A DNA stretch of 64,000 nt from Auanema rhodensis. Its lineage: Eukaryota > Animalia > Nematoda. The DNA is taken from assembly GCA_964057225.1 (NCBI GenBank), contig OZ059895.1, positions 20,212,001-20,276,000 of the forward strand, written 5' to 3'. The notes beneath the pieces are model-generated. The model made no database searches. It saw nothing but the letters and a program-made list of their open reading frames with translations, and was not told where the DNA came from. The position numbers and the translations under genes are program-made. Below, one piece after another: positions 52,001-64,000 of the stretch. How positions within the stretch are numbered: the first letter of the stretch is position 1; each line of letters begins with the position of its first letter.

Positions 52001-55000
52001 CGGATTTTTAAGCTGCGTCGATCTGTGTTATCAGATTTGCGCTAGCTTAAAAATGCACCGAGATATCAACTGATATAAGTTCACACTTATATCCTCGATT
52101 TTCACCCTGAAGAATTAATTTTTTCGTTGAATAACAATGTCCATCGTCTTCGCCTTGAAAAAAGGAATCTAAAAACATCTACTTTTTGCTAAATTATTTT
52201 GAAATTTTTCGAAAAAATTTTTGTCAAAATGTTTTTGGAAGCAATGTTGATTGTACATGGAAACTCAACATACACTAATGCATCATTTTTCAAACGATCA
52301 TAACTAATTTTTGTATTGAGCGTTTCTCAATGTAGAATAGTGCATTCGATGCGGATTTTCAAGCTGCGTCGGTCTGTGTTATCAGATTTGCGCTAGCTTA
52401 AAAATGCACCGAGATATCAACTGATATATGTTCACACTTATATCCTCGATTTTCACCCTGAAGAATCAATTTTTTCGTTGAATAACAATGTCCATCGTCT
52501 TTGCCTCGAAAAAAGGAATCTAAAAACATCTACTTTTTGCTAAATTATTCTGAAATTTTTCGAAAAAATTTTTGTCAAAATGTTTTTGGAAGCAATGTTG
52601 AGTGTACATGGAAACTCAACATACACTAATGCATCATTTTTCAAACGATCATAACTAATTTTTGTATTGAGCGTTTCTCAATGTAGTATAGTGCATTCGA
52701 TGCGGATTTTTAAGCTGCGTCGATCTGTGTTATCAGATTTGCGCTAGCTTAAAAATGCACCGAGATATCAACTGATATAAGTTCACACTTATATCCTCGA
52801 TTTTCACCCTGAAGAATTAATTTTTTCGTTGAATAACAATGTCCATCGTCTTCGCCTTAAAAGAAGGAATCTAAAAACATCTACTTTTTGCTAAATTATT
52901 TTGAAATTTTTCGAAAAAAGTTTTGTCAAAATGTTTTTGGAAGCAATGTTGAGTGTACATGGAAACTCAACATACACTAATGCATCATTTTTCAAACGAT
53001 CATAACTAATTTTTGTATTAAGCGTTTCTCAATGTAGTATAGTGCATTCGATGCGGATTTTTAAGCTGCGTCGATCTGTGTTATCAGATTTGCGCTAGCT
53101 TAAAAATGCACCGAGATATCAACTGATATAAGTTCACACTTATATCCTCGATTTTCACCCTGAAGAATTAATTTTTTCGTTGAATAACAATGTCCATCGT
53201 CTTCGCCTTGAAAAAAGGAATCTAAAAACATCTACTTTTTGCTAAATTATTTTGAAATTTTTCGAAAAAATTTTTGTCAAAATGTTTTTGGAAGCAATGT
53301 TGATTGTACATGGAAACTCAACATACACTAATGCATCATTTTTCAAACGATCATAACTAATTTTTGTATTGAGCGTTTCTCAATGTAGAATAGTGCATTC
53401 GATGCGGATTTTCAAGCTGCGTCGGTCTGTGTTATCAGATTTGCGCTAGCTTAAAAATGCACCGAGATATCAACTGATATATGTTCACACTTATATCCTC
53501 GATTTTCACCCTGAAGAATCAATTTTTTCGTTGAATAACAATGTCCATCGTCTTTGCCTCGAAAAAAGGAATCTAAAAACATCTACTTTTTGCTAAATTA
53601 TTCTGAAATTTTTCGAAAAAATTTTTGTCAAAATGTTTTTGGAAGCAATGTTGAGTGTACATGGAAACTCAACATACACTAATGCATCATTTTTCAAACG
53701 ATCATAACTAATTTTTGTATTGAGCGTTTCTCAATGTAGAATAGTGCATTCGATGCGGATTTTCAAGCTGCGTCGGTCTGTGTTATCAGATTTGCGCTAG
53801 CTTAAAAATGCACCGAGATATCAACTGATATATGTTCACACTTATATCCTCGATTTTCACACTGAAGAATTAATTTTTTCGTTGAATAACAATGTCCATC
53901 GTCTTTGCCTCGAAAAAAGGAATCTAAAAACATCTACTTTTTGCTAAATTATTCTGAAATTTTTCGAAAAAATTTTTGTCAAAATGTTTTTGGAAGCAAA
54001 GTTGAGTGTACATGGAAACTCAACATACACTAATGCATCATTTTTCAAACGATCATAACTAATTTTTGTATTAAGCGTTTCTCAATGTAGTATAGTGCAT
54101 TCGATGCGGATTTTTAAGCTGCGTCGATCTGTGTTATCAGATTTGCGCTAGCTTAAAAATGCACCGAGATATCAACTGATATAAGTTCACACTTATATCC
54201 TCGATTTTCACCCTGAAGAAATTATTTTTTCGTTGAAAAACATTGTCCATCGTCTTTGCCTTGAAAAAGGAATCTAAAAACATCTACTTCTTGCTAAATT
54301 ATTTTGAAATTTTTCGAAAAAAATTTTGTCAAAATGTTTTTGGAAGCAATGTTGAGTGTACATGGAAACTCAACATACACTAATGCATCATTTTTCAAAC
54401 AATCATAACTAATTTTTGTATTAAGCGTTTCTCAATGTAGTATAGTGCATTCGATGCGGATTTTTAAGCTGCGTCGATCTGTGTTATCAGATTTGCGCTA
54501 GCTTAAAAATGCACCGAGATATCAACTGATATAAGTTCACACTTATATCCTCGATTTTCACCCTGAAGAAATTATTTTTTCGTTGAAAAACATTGTCCAT
54601 CGTCTTTGCCTTGAAAAAGGAATCTAAAAACATCTACTTCTTGCTAAATTATTTTGAAATTTTTCGAAAAAAATTTTGTCAAAATGTTTTTGGAAGCAAT
54701 GTTGAGTGTACATGGAAACTCAACATACACTAATGCATCATTTTTCAAACAATCATAACTAATTTTTGTATTAAGCGTTTCTCAATGTAGTATAGTGCAT
54801 TCGATGCGGATTTTTAAGCTGCGTCGATCTGTGTTATCAGATTTGCGCTAGCTTAAAAATGCACCGAGATATCAACTGATATAAGTTCACACTTATATCC
54901 TCGATTTTCACCCTGAAGAATTAATTTTTTCGTTGAATAACAATGTCCATCGTCTTCGCCTTGAAAAAAGGAATCTAAAAACATCTACTTTTTGCTAAAT

Positions 55001-58000
55001 TATTTTGAAATTTTTCGAAAAAATTTTTGTCAAAATGTTTTTGGAAGCAATGTTGATTGTACATGGAAACTCAACATACACTAATGCATCATTTTTCAAA
55101 CGATCATAACTAATTTTTGTATTGAGCGTTTCTCAATGTAGAATAGTGCATTCGATGCGGATTTTCAAGCTGCGTCGGTCTGTGTTATCAGATTTGCGCT
55201 AGCTTAAAAATGCACCGAGATATCAACTGATATATGTTCACACTTATATCCTCGATTTTCACCCTGAAGAATCAATTTTTTCGTTGAATAACAATGTCCA
55301 TCGTCTTTGCCTCGAAAAAAGGAATCTAAAAACATCTACTTTTTGCTAAATTATTCTGAAATTTTTCGAAAAAATTTTTGTCAAAATGTTTTTGGAAGCA
55401 ATGTTGAGTGTACATGGAAACTCAACATACACTAATGCATCATTTTTCAAACGATCATAACTAATTTTTGTATTGAGCGTTTCTCAATGTAGAATAGTGC
55501 ATTCGATGCGGATTTTCAAGCTGCGTCGGTCTGTGTTATCAGATTTGCGCTAGCTTAAAAATGCACCGAGATATCAACTGATATATGTTCACACTTATAT
55601 CCTCGATTTTCACACTGAAGAATTAATTTTTTCGTTGAATAACAATGTCCATCGTCTTTGCCTCGAAAAAAGGAATCTAAAAACATCTACTTTTTGCTAA
55701 ATTATTCTGAAATTTTTCGAAAAAATTTTTGTCAAAATGTTTTTGGAAGCAAAGTTGAGTGTACATGGAAACTCAACATACACTAATGCATCATTTTTCA
55801 AACGATCATAACTAATTTTTGTATTAAGCGTTTCTCAATGTAGTATAGTGCATTCGATGCGGATTTTTAAGCTGCGTCGATCTGTGTTATCAGATTTGCG
55901 CTAGCTTAAAAATGCACCGAGATATCAACTGATATAAGTTCACACTTATATCCTCGATTTTCACCCTGAAGAATTAATTTTTTCGTTGAATAACAATGTC
56001 CATCGTCTTCGCCTTGAAAAAAGGAATCTAAAAACATCTACTTTTTGCTAAATTATTTTGAAATTTTTCGAAAAAATTTTTGTCAAAATGTTTTTGGAAG
56101 CAATGTTGATTGTACATGGAAACTCAACATACACTAATGCATCATTTTTCAAACGATCATAACTAATTTTTGTATTGAGCGTTTCTCAATGTAGAATAGT
56201 GCATTCGATGCGGATTTTCAAGCTGCGTCGGTCTGTGTTATCAGATTTGCGCTAGCTTAAAAATGCACCGAGATATCAACTGATATATGTTCACACTTAT
56301 ATCCTCGATTTTCACCCTGAAGAATCAATTTTTTCGTTGAATAACAATGTCCATCGTCTTTGCCTCGAAAAAAGGAATCTAAAAACATCTACTTTTTGCT
56401 AAATTATTCTGAAATTTTTCGAAAAAATTTTTGTCAAAATGTTTTTGGAAGCAATGTTGAGTGTACATGGAAACTCAACATACACTAATGCATCATTTTT
56501 CAAACGATCATAACTAATTTTTGTATTGAGCGTTTCTCAATGTAGAATAGTGCATTCGATGCGGATTTTCAAGCTGCGTCGGTCTGTGTTATCAGATTTG
56601 CGCTAGCTTAAAAATGCACCGAGATATCAACTGATATATGTTCACACTTATATCCTCGATTTTCACACTGAAGAATTAATTTTTTCGTTGAATAACAATG
56701 TCCATCGTCTTTGCCTCGAAAAAAGGAATCTAAAAACATCTACTTTTTGCTAAATTATTCTGAAATTTTTCGAAAAAATTTTTGTCAAAATGTTTTTGGA
56801 AGCAAAGTTGAGTGTACATGGAAACTCAACATACACTAATGCATCATTTTTCAAACGATCATAACTAATTTTTGTATTAAGCGTTTCTCAATGTAGTATA
56901 GTGCATTCGATGCGGATTTTTAAGCTGCGTCGATCTGTGTTATCAGATTTGCGCTAGCTTAAAAATGCACCGAGATATCAACTGATATAAGTTCACACTT
57001 ATATCCTCGATTTTCACCCTGAAGAAATTATTTTTTCGTTGAAAAACATTGTCCATCGTCTTTGCCTTGAAAAAGGAATCTAAAAACATCTACTTCTTGC
57101 TAAATTATTTTGAAATTTTTCGAAAAAAATTTTGTCAAAATGTTTTTGGAAGCAATGTTGAGTGTACATGGAAACTCAACATACACTAATGCATCATTTT
57201 TCAAACGATCATAACTAATTTTTGTATTAAGCGTTTCTCAATGTAGTATAGTGCATTCGATGCGGATTTTTAAGCTGCGTCGATCTGTGTTATCAGATTT
57301 GCGCTAGCTTAAAAATGCACCGAGATATCAACTGATATAAGTTCACACTTATATCCTCGATTTTCACCCTGAAGAATTAATTTTTTCGTTGAATAACAAT
57401 GTCCATCGTCTTCGCCTTGAAAAAAGGAATCTAAAAACATCTACTTTTTGCTAAATTATTTTGAAATTTTTCGAAAAAATTTTTGTCAAAATGTTTTTGG
57501 AAGCAATGTTGAGTGTACATGGAAACTCAACATACACTAATGCATCATTTTTCAAACGATCATAACTAATTTTTGTATTAAGCGTTTCTCAATGTAGTAT
57601 AGTGCATTCGATGCGGATTTTTAAGCTGCGTCGATCTGTGTTATCAGATTTGCGCTAGCTTAAAAATGCACCGAGATATCAACTGATATAAGTTCACACT
57701 TATATCCTCGATTTTCACCCTGAAGAATTAATTTTTTCGTTGAATAACAATGTCCATCGTCTTCGCCTTGAAAAAAGGAATCTAAAAACATCTACTTTTT
57801 GCTAAATTATTTTGAAATTTTTCGAAAAAATTTTTGTCAAAATGTTTTTGGAAGCAATGTTGAGTGTACATGGAAACTCAACATACACTAATGCATCATT
57901 TTTCAAACGATCATAACTAATTTTTGTATTAAGCGTTTCTCAATGTAGTATAGTGCATTCGATGCGGATTTTTAAGCTGCGTCGATCTGTGTTATCAGAT

Positions 58001-61000
58001 TTGCGCTAGCTTAAAAATGCACCGAGATATCAACTGATATAAGTTCACACTTATATCCTCGATTTTCACCCTGAAGAATTAATTTTTTCGTTGAATAACA
58101 ATGTCCATCGTCTTCGCCTTGAAAAAAGGAATCTAAAAACATCTACTTTTTGCTAAATTATTTTGAAATTTTTTGAAAAAATTTTTGTCAAAATGTTTTT
58201 GGAAGCAATGTTGAGTGTACATGGAAACTCAACATACACTAATGCATCATTTTTCAAACGATCATAACTAATTTTTGTATTAAGCGTTTCTCAATGTAGT
58301 ATAGTGCATTCGATGCGGATTTTTAAGCTGCGTCGATCTGTGTTATCAGATTTGCGCTAGCTTAAAAATGCACCGAGATATCAACTGATATAAGTTCACA
58401 CTTATATCCTCGATTTTCACCCTGAAGAATTAATTTTTTCGTTGAATAACAATGTCCATCGTCTTCGCCTTGAAAAAAGGAATCTAAAAACATCTACTTT
58501 TTGCTAAATTATTTTGAAATTTTTCGAAAAAATTTTTGTCAAAATGTTTTTGGAAGCAATGTTGAGTGTACATGGAAACTCAACATACACTAATGCATCA
58601 TTTTTCAAACGATCATAACTAATTTTTGTATTAAGCGTTTCTCAATGTAGTATAGTGCATTCGATGCGGATTTTTAAGCTGCGTCGATCTGTGTTATCAG
58701 ATTTGCGCTAGCTTAAAAATGCACCGAGATATCAACTGATATAAGTTCACACTTATATCCTCGATTTTCACCCTGAAGAATTAATTTTTTCGTTGAATAA
58801 CAATGTCCATCGTCTTCGCCTTGAAAAAAGGAATCTAAAAACATCTACTTTTTGCTAAATTATTTTGAAATTTTTCGAAAAAATTTTTGTCAAAATGTTT
58901 TTGGAAGCAATGTTGAGTGTACATGGAAACTCAACATACACTAATGCATCATTTTTCAAACGATCATAACTAATTTTTGTATTAAGCGTTTCTCAATGTA
59001 GTATAGTGCATTCGATGCGGATTTTTAAGCTGCGTCGATCTGTGTTATCAGATTTGCGCTAGCTTAAAAATGCACCGAGATATCAACTGATATAAGTTCA
59101 CACTTATATCCTCGATTTTCACCCTGAAGAATTAATTTTTTCGTTGAATAACAATGTCCATCGTCTTCGCCTTGAAAAAAGGAATCTAAAAACATCTACT
59201 TTTTGCTAAATTATTTTGAAATTTTTTGAAAAAATTTTTGTCAAAATGTTTTTGGAAGCAATGTTGAGTGTACATGGAAACTCAACATACACTAATGCAT
59301 CATTTTTCAAACGATCATAACTAATTTTTGTATTAAGCGTTTCTCAATGTAGTATAGTGCATTCGATGCGGATTTTTAAGCTGCGTCGATCTGTGTTATC
59401 AGATTTGCGCTAGCTTAAAAATGCACCGAGATATCAACTGATATAAGTTCACACTTATATCCTCGATTTTCACCCTGAAAAATTAATTTTTTCGTTGAAT
59501 AACAATGTCCATCGTCTTCGCCTTGAAAAAAGGAATCTAAAAACATCTACTTTTTGCTAAATTATTTTGAAATTTTTCGAAAAAATTTTTGTCAAAATGT
59601 TTTTGGAAGCAATGTTGAGTGTACATGGAAACTCAACATACACTAATGCATCATTTTTCAAACGATCATAACTAATTTTTGTATTAAGCGTTTCTCAATG
59701 TAGTATAGTGCATTCGATGCGGATTTTTAAGCTGCGTCGATCTGTGTTATCAGATTTGCGCTAGCTTAAAAATGCACCGAGATATCAACTGATATAAGTT
59801 CACACTTATATCCTCGATTTTCACCCTGAAGAATTAATTTTTTCGTTGAATAACAATGTCCATCGTCTTCGCCTTGAAAAAAGGAATCTAAAAACATCTA
59901 CTTTTTGCTAAATTATTTTGAAATTTTTCGAAAAAATTTTTGTCAAAATGTTTTTGGAAGCAATGTTGAGTGTACATGGAAACTCAACATACACTAATGC
60001 ATCATTTTTCAAACGATCATAACTAATTTTTGTATTAAGCGTTTCTCAATGTAGTATAGTGCATTCGATGCGGATTTTTAAGCTGCGTCGATCTGTGTTA
60101 TCAGATTTGCGCTAGCTTAAAAATGCACCGAGATATCAACTGATATAAGTTCACACTTATATCCTCGATTTTCACCCTGAAGAATTAATTTTTTCGTTGA
60201 ATAACAATGTCCATCGTCTTCGCCTTGAAAGAAGGAATCTAAAAACATCTACTTTTTGCTAAATTATTTTGAAATTTTTCGAAAAAATTTTTGTCAAAAT
60301 GTTTTTGGAAGCAATGTTGAGTGTACATGGAAACTCAACATACACTAATGCATCATTTTTCAAACGATCATAACTAATTTTTGTATTAAGCGTTTCTCAA
60401 TGTAGTATAGTGCATTCGATGCGGATTTTTAAGCTGCGTCGATCTGTGTTATCAGATTTGCGCTAGCTTAAAAATGCACCGAGATATCAACTGATATAAG
60501 TTCACACTTATATCCTCGATTTTCACCCTGAAGAATTAATTTTTTCGTTGAATAACAATGTCCATCGTCTTCGCCTTGAAAAAAGGAATCTAAAAACATC
60601 TACTTTTTGCTAAATTATTTTGAAATTTTTCGAAAAAATTTTTGTCAAAATGTTTTTGGAAGCAATGTTGAGTGTACATGGAAACTCAACATACACTAAT
60701 GCATCATTTTTCAAACGATCATAACTAATTTTTGTATTAAGCGTTTCTCAATGTAGTATAGTGCATTCGATGCGGATTTTTAAGCTGCGTCGATCTGTGT
60801 TATCAGATTTGCGCTAGCTTAAAAATGCACCGAGATATCAACTGATATAAGTTCACACTTATATCCTCGATTTTCACCCTGAAGAATTAATTTTTTCGTT
60901 GAATAACAATGTCCATCGTCTTCGCCTTGAAAGAAGGAATCTAAAAACATCTACTTTTTGCTAAATTATTTTGAAATTTTTCGAAAAAATTTTTGTCAAA

Positions 61001-64000
61001 ATGTTTTTGGAAGCAATGTTGAGTGTACATGGAAACTCAACATACACTAATGCATCATTTTTCAAACGATCATAACTAATTTTTGTATTAAGCGTTTCTC
61101 AATGTAGTATAGTGCATTCGATGCGGATTTTTAAGCTGCGTCGATCTGTGTTATCAGATTTGCGCTAGCTTAAAAATGCACCGAGATATCAACTGATATA
61201 AGTTCACACTTATATCCTCGATTTTCACCCTGAAGAATTAATTTTTTCGTTGAATAACATCGTCCATCGTCTTTGCCTTGAAAAAAGGAATCTAAAAACA
61301 TCTACTTTTTGCTAAATTATTTTGAAATTTTTCGAAAAAATTTTTGTCAAAATGTTTTTGGAAGCAATGTTGATTGTACATGGAAACTCAACATACACTA
61401 ATGCATCATTTTTCAAACGATCATAACTAATTTTTGTATTGAGCGTTTCTCAATGTAGAATAGTGCATTCGATGCGGATTTTCAAGCTGCGTCGGTCTGT
61501 GTTATCAGATTTGCGCTAGCTTAAAAATGCACCGAGATATCAACTGATATATGTTCACACTTATATCCTCGATTTTCACCCTGAAGAATCAATTTTTTCG
61601 TTGAATAACAATGTCCATCGTCTTTGCCTCGAAAAAAGGAATCTAAAAACATCTACTTTTTGCTAAATTATTCTGAAATTTTTCGAAAAAATTTTTGTCA
61701 AAATGTTTTTGGAAGCAATGTTGAGTGTACATGGAAACTCAACATACACTAATGCATCATTTTTCAAACGATCATAACTAATTTTTGTATTGAGCGTTTC
61801 TCAATGTAGAATAGTGCATTCGATGCCGATTTTCAAGCTGCGTCGGTCTGTGTTATCAGATTTGCGCTAGCTTAAAAATGCACCGAGATATCAACTGATA
61901 TATGTTCACACTTATATCCTCGATTTTCACACTGAAGAATTAATTTTTTCGTTGAATAACAATGTCCATCGTCTTTGCCTCGAAAAAAGGAATCTAAAAA
62001 CATCTACTTTTTGCTAAATTATTCTGAAATTTTCCGAAAAAATTTTTGTCAAAATGTTTTTGGAAGCAAAGTTGAGTGTACATGGAAACTCAACATACAC
62101 TAATGCATCATTTTTCAAACGATCATAACTAATTTTTGTATTAAGCGTTTCTCAATGTAGTATAGTGCATTCGATGCGGATTTTTAAGCTGCGTCGATCT
62201 GTGTTATCAGATTTGCGCTAGCTTAAAAATGCACCGAGATATCAACTGATATAAGTTCACACTTATATCCTCGATTTTCACCCTGAAGAATTAATTTTTT
62301 CGTTGAATAACAATGTCCATCGTCTTCGCCTTGAAAGAAGGAATCTGAAAACATCTACTTTTTGCTAAATTATTTTGAAATTTTTCGAAAAAATTTTTGT
62401 CAAAATGTTTTTGGAAGCAATGTTGAGTGTACATGGAAACTCAACATACACTAATGCATCATTTTTCAAACGATCATAACTAATTTTTGTATTAAGCGTT
62501 TCTCAATGTAGTATAGTGCATTCGATGCGGATTTTTAAGCTGCGTCGATCTGTGTTATCAGATTTGCGCTAGCTTAAAAATGCACCGAGATATCAACTGA
62601 TATAAGTTCACACTTATATCCTCGATTTTCACCCTGAAGAATTAATTTTTTCGTTGAATAACATCGTCCATCGTCTTTGCCTTGAAAAAAGGAATCTAAA
62701 AACATCTACTTTTTGCTAAATTATTTTGAAATTTTTCGAAAAAATTTTTGTCAAAATGTTTTTGGAAGCAATGTTGATTGTACATGGAAACTCAACATAC
62801 ACTAATGCATCATTTTTCAAACGATCATAACTAATTTTTGTATTGAGCGTTTCTCAATGTAGAATAGTGCATTCGATGCGGATTTTCAAGCTGCGTCGGT
62901 CTGTGTTATCAGATTTGCGCTAGCTTAAAAATGCACCGAGATATCAACTGATATATGTTCACACTTATATCCTCGATTTTCACCCTGAAGAATCAATTTT
63001 TTCGTTGAATAACAATGTCCATCGTCTTTGCCTCGAAAAAAGGAATCTAAAAACATCTACTTTTTGCTAAATTATTATGAAATTTTTCGAAAAAATTTTT
63101 GTCAAAATGTTTTTGGAAGCAATGTTGAGTGTACATGGAAACTCAACATACACTAATGCATCATTTTTCAAACGATCATAACTAATTTTTGTATTGAGCG
63201 TTTCTCAATGTAGAATAGTGCATTCGATGCGGATTTTCAAGCTGCGTCGGTCTGTGTTATCAGATTTGCGCTAGCTTAAAAATGCACCGAGATATCAACT
63301 GATATATGTTCACACTTATATCCTCGATTTTCACACTGAAGAATTAATTTTTTCGTTGAATAACAATGTCCATCGTCTTTGCCTCGAAAAAAGGAATCTA
63401 AAAACATCTACTTTTTGCTAAATTATTCTGAAATTTTTCGAAAAAATTTTTGTCAAAATGTTTTTGGAAGCAAAGTTGAGTGTACATGGAAACTCAACAT
63501 ACACTAATGCATCATTTTTCAAACGATCATAACTAATTTTTGTATTAAGCGTTTCTCAATGTAGTATAGTGCATTCGATGCGGATTTTTAAGCTGCGTCG
63601 ATCTGTGTTATCAGATTTGCGCTAGCTTAAAAATGCACCGAGATATCAACTGATATAAGTTCACACTTATATCCTCGATTTTCACCCTGAAGAATTAATT
63701 TTTTCGTTGAATAACATCGTCCATCGTCTTTGCCTTGAAAAAAGGAATCTAAAAACATCTACTTTTTGCTAAATTATTTTGAAATTTTTCGAAAAAATTT
63801 TTGTCAAAATGTTTTTGGAAGCAATGTTGATTGTACATGGAAACTCAACATACACTAATGCATCATTTTTCAAACGATCATAACTAATTTTTGTATTGAG
63901 CGTTTCTCAATGTAGAATAATGCATTCGATGCGGATTTTCAAGCTGCGTCGGTCTGTGTTATCAGATTTGCGCTAGCTTAAAAATGCACCGAGATATCAA
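46080..64000. repeat. Second sub-array dominated by variant families B, C1/C2 and 350-bp V; no 232-bp units
   Basis: B has 7 substitutions versus A (ATTAAGCG, ATATAAGTT, GAATTAATT [2 changes], AACAATG, CTTCGCC, CTACTTTTTG). C carries GTAGAATAG, TTTTCAAGC, GTCGGTC, GCCTCGA and ATTCTGA. V carries ATATAAG, GAAAAACATT, a 1-bp-shorter A run and GAAAAAAATTTT. Confidence 0.92.

Larger units (their letters stand above)
1..64000. repeat. Tandem satellite DNA array, 351-bp AT-rich monomer, about 188 units, single orientation
   Basis: The landmark ctcaacatac recurs at 581, 932 and 1283 (period 351). All landmark spacings across the window resolve to n x 351 plus 232-bp, 240-bp or 350-bp units; for example 37644 to 63963 = 75x351-6, matching six 1-bp-deleted units. 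No foreign sequence seen. Confidence 0.99.

Noticed and set aside
1-64000. CRISPR array or repeat-spacer system
   Set aside because: There are no unique spacers; everything between the palindromes is itself repeated, and there are no cas genes.
1-64000. 5S rDNA, tRNA, snRNA or spliced-leader gene tandem array
   Set aside because: No recognisable 5S, tRNA cloverleaf, A/B box, snRNA or spliced-leader sequence on either strand by eye.

Overview
The whole 64 kb window is one uninterrupted head-to-tail tandem satellite DNA array, and it continues past both window edges. The monomer is 351 bp (reference copy 581-931) and about 32% GC by hand count. I count about 188 units: about 170 full-length (8 of them 350 bp), 17 copies of one 232-bp deletion variant (all before 37.7 kb), and one 240-bp deletion variant. 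I found no supportable genes, RNA genes, transposon insertions, inversions or CRISPR arrays, and both supplied ORFs are chance by-products of repeat variants. The array is most likely eukaryotic (peri)centromeric or heterochromatic satellite; CpG is not depleted, which hints at a weakly methylated, invertebrate-like genome (inference, and I cannot name the species or family). What is interesting is the architecture. (1) The monomer is rich in inverted repeats, including two mutually exclusive hairpins. (2) The recurrent 119-bp deletion runs from one hairpin loop to another. (3) The array is layered: family A plus short units (1-39 kb), a zone of nascent 3-/4-mer higher-order repeats (39-46 kb), then families B, C and V (46-64 kb). 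(4) Shared SNPs record block duplications with offsets of 350-7715 bp and recombinant monomers. I did not find a convincing novel coding system. All variant positions were read by eye.
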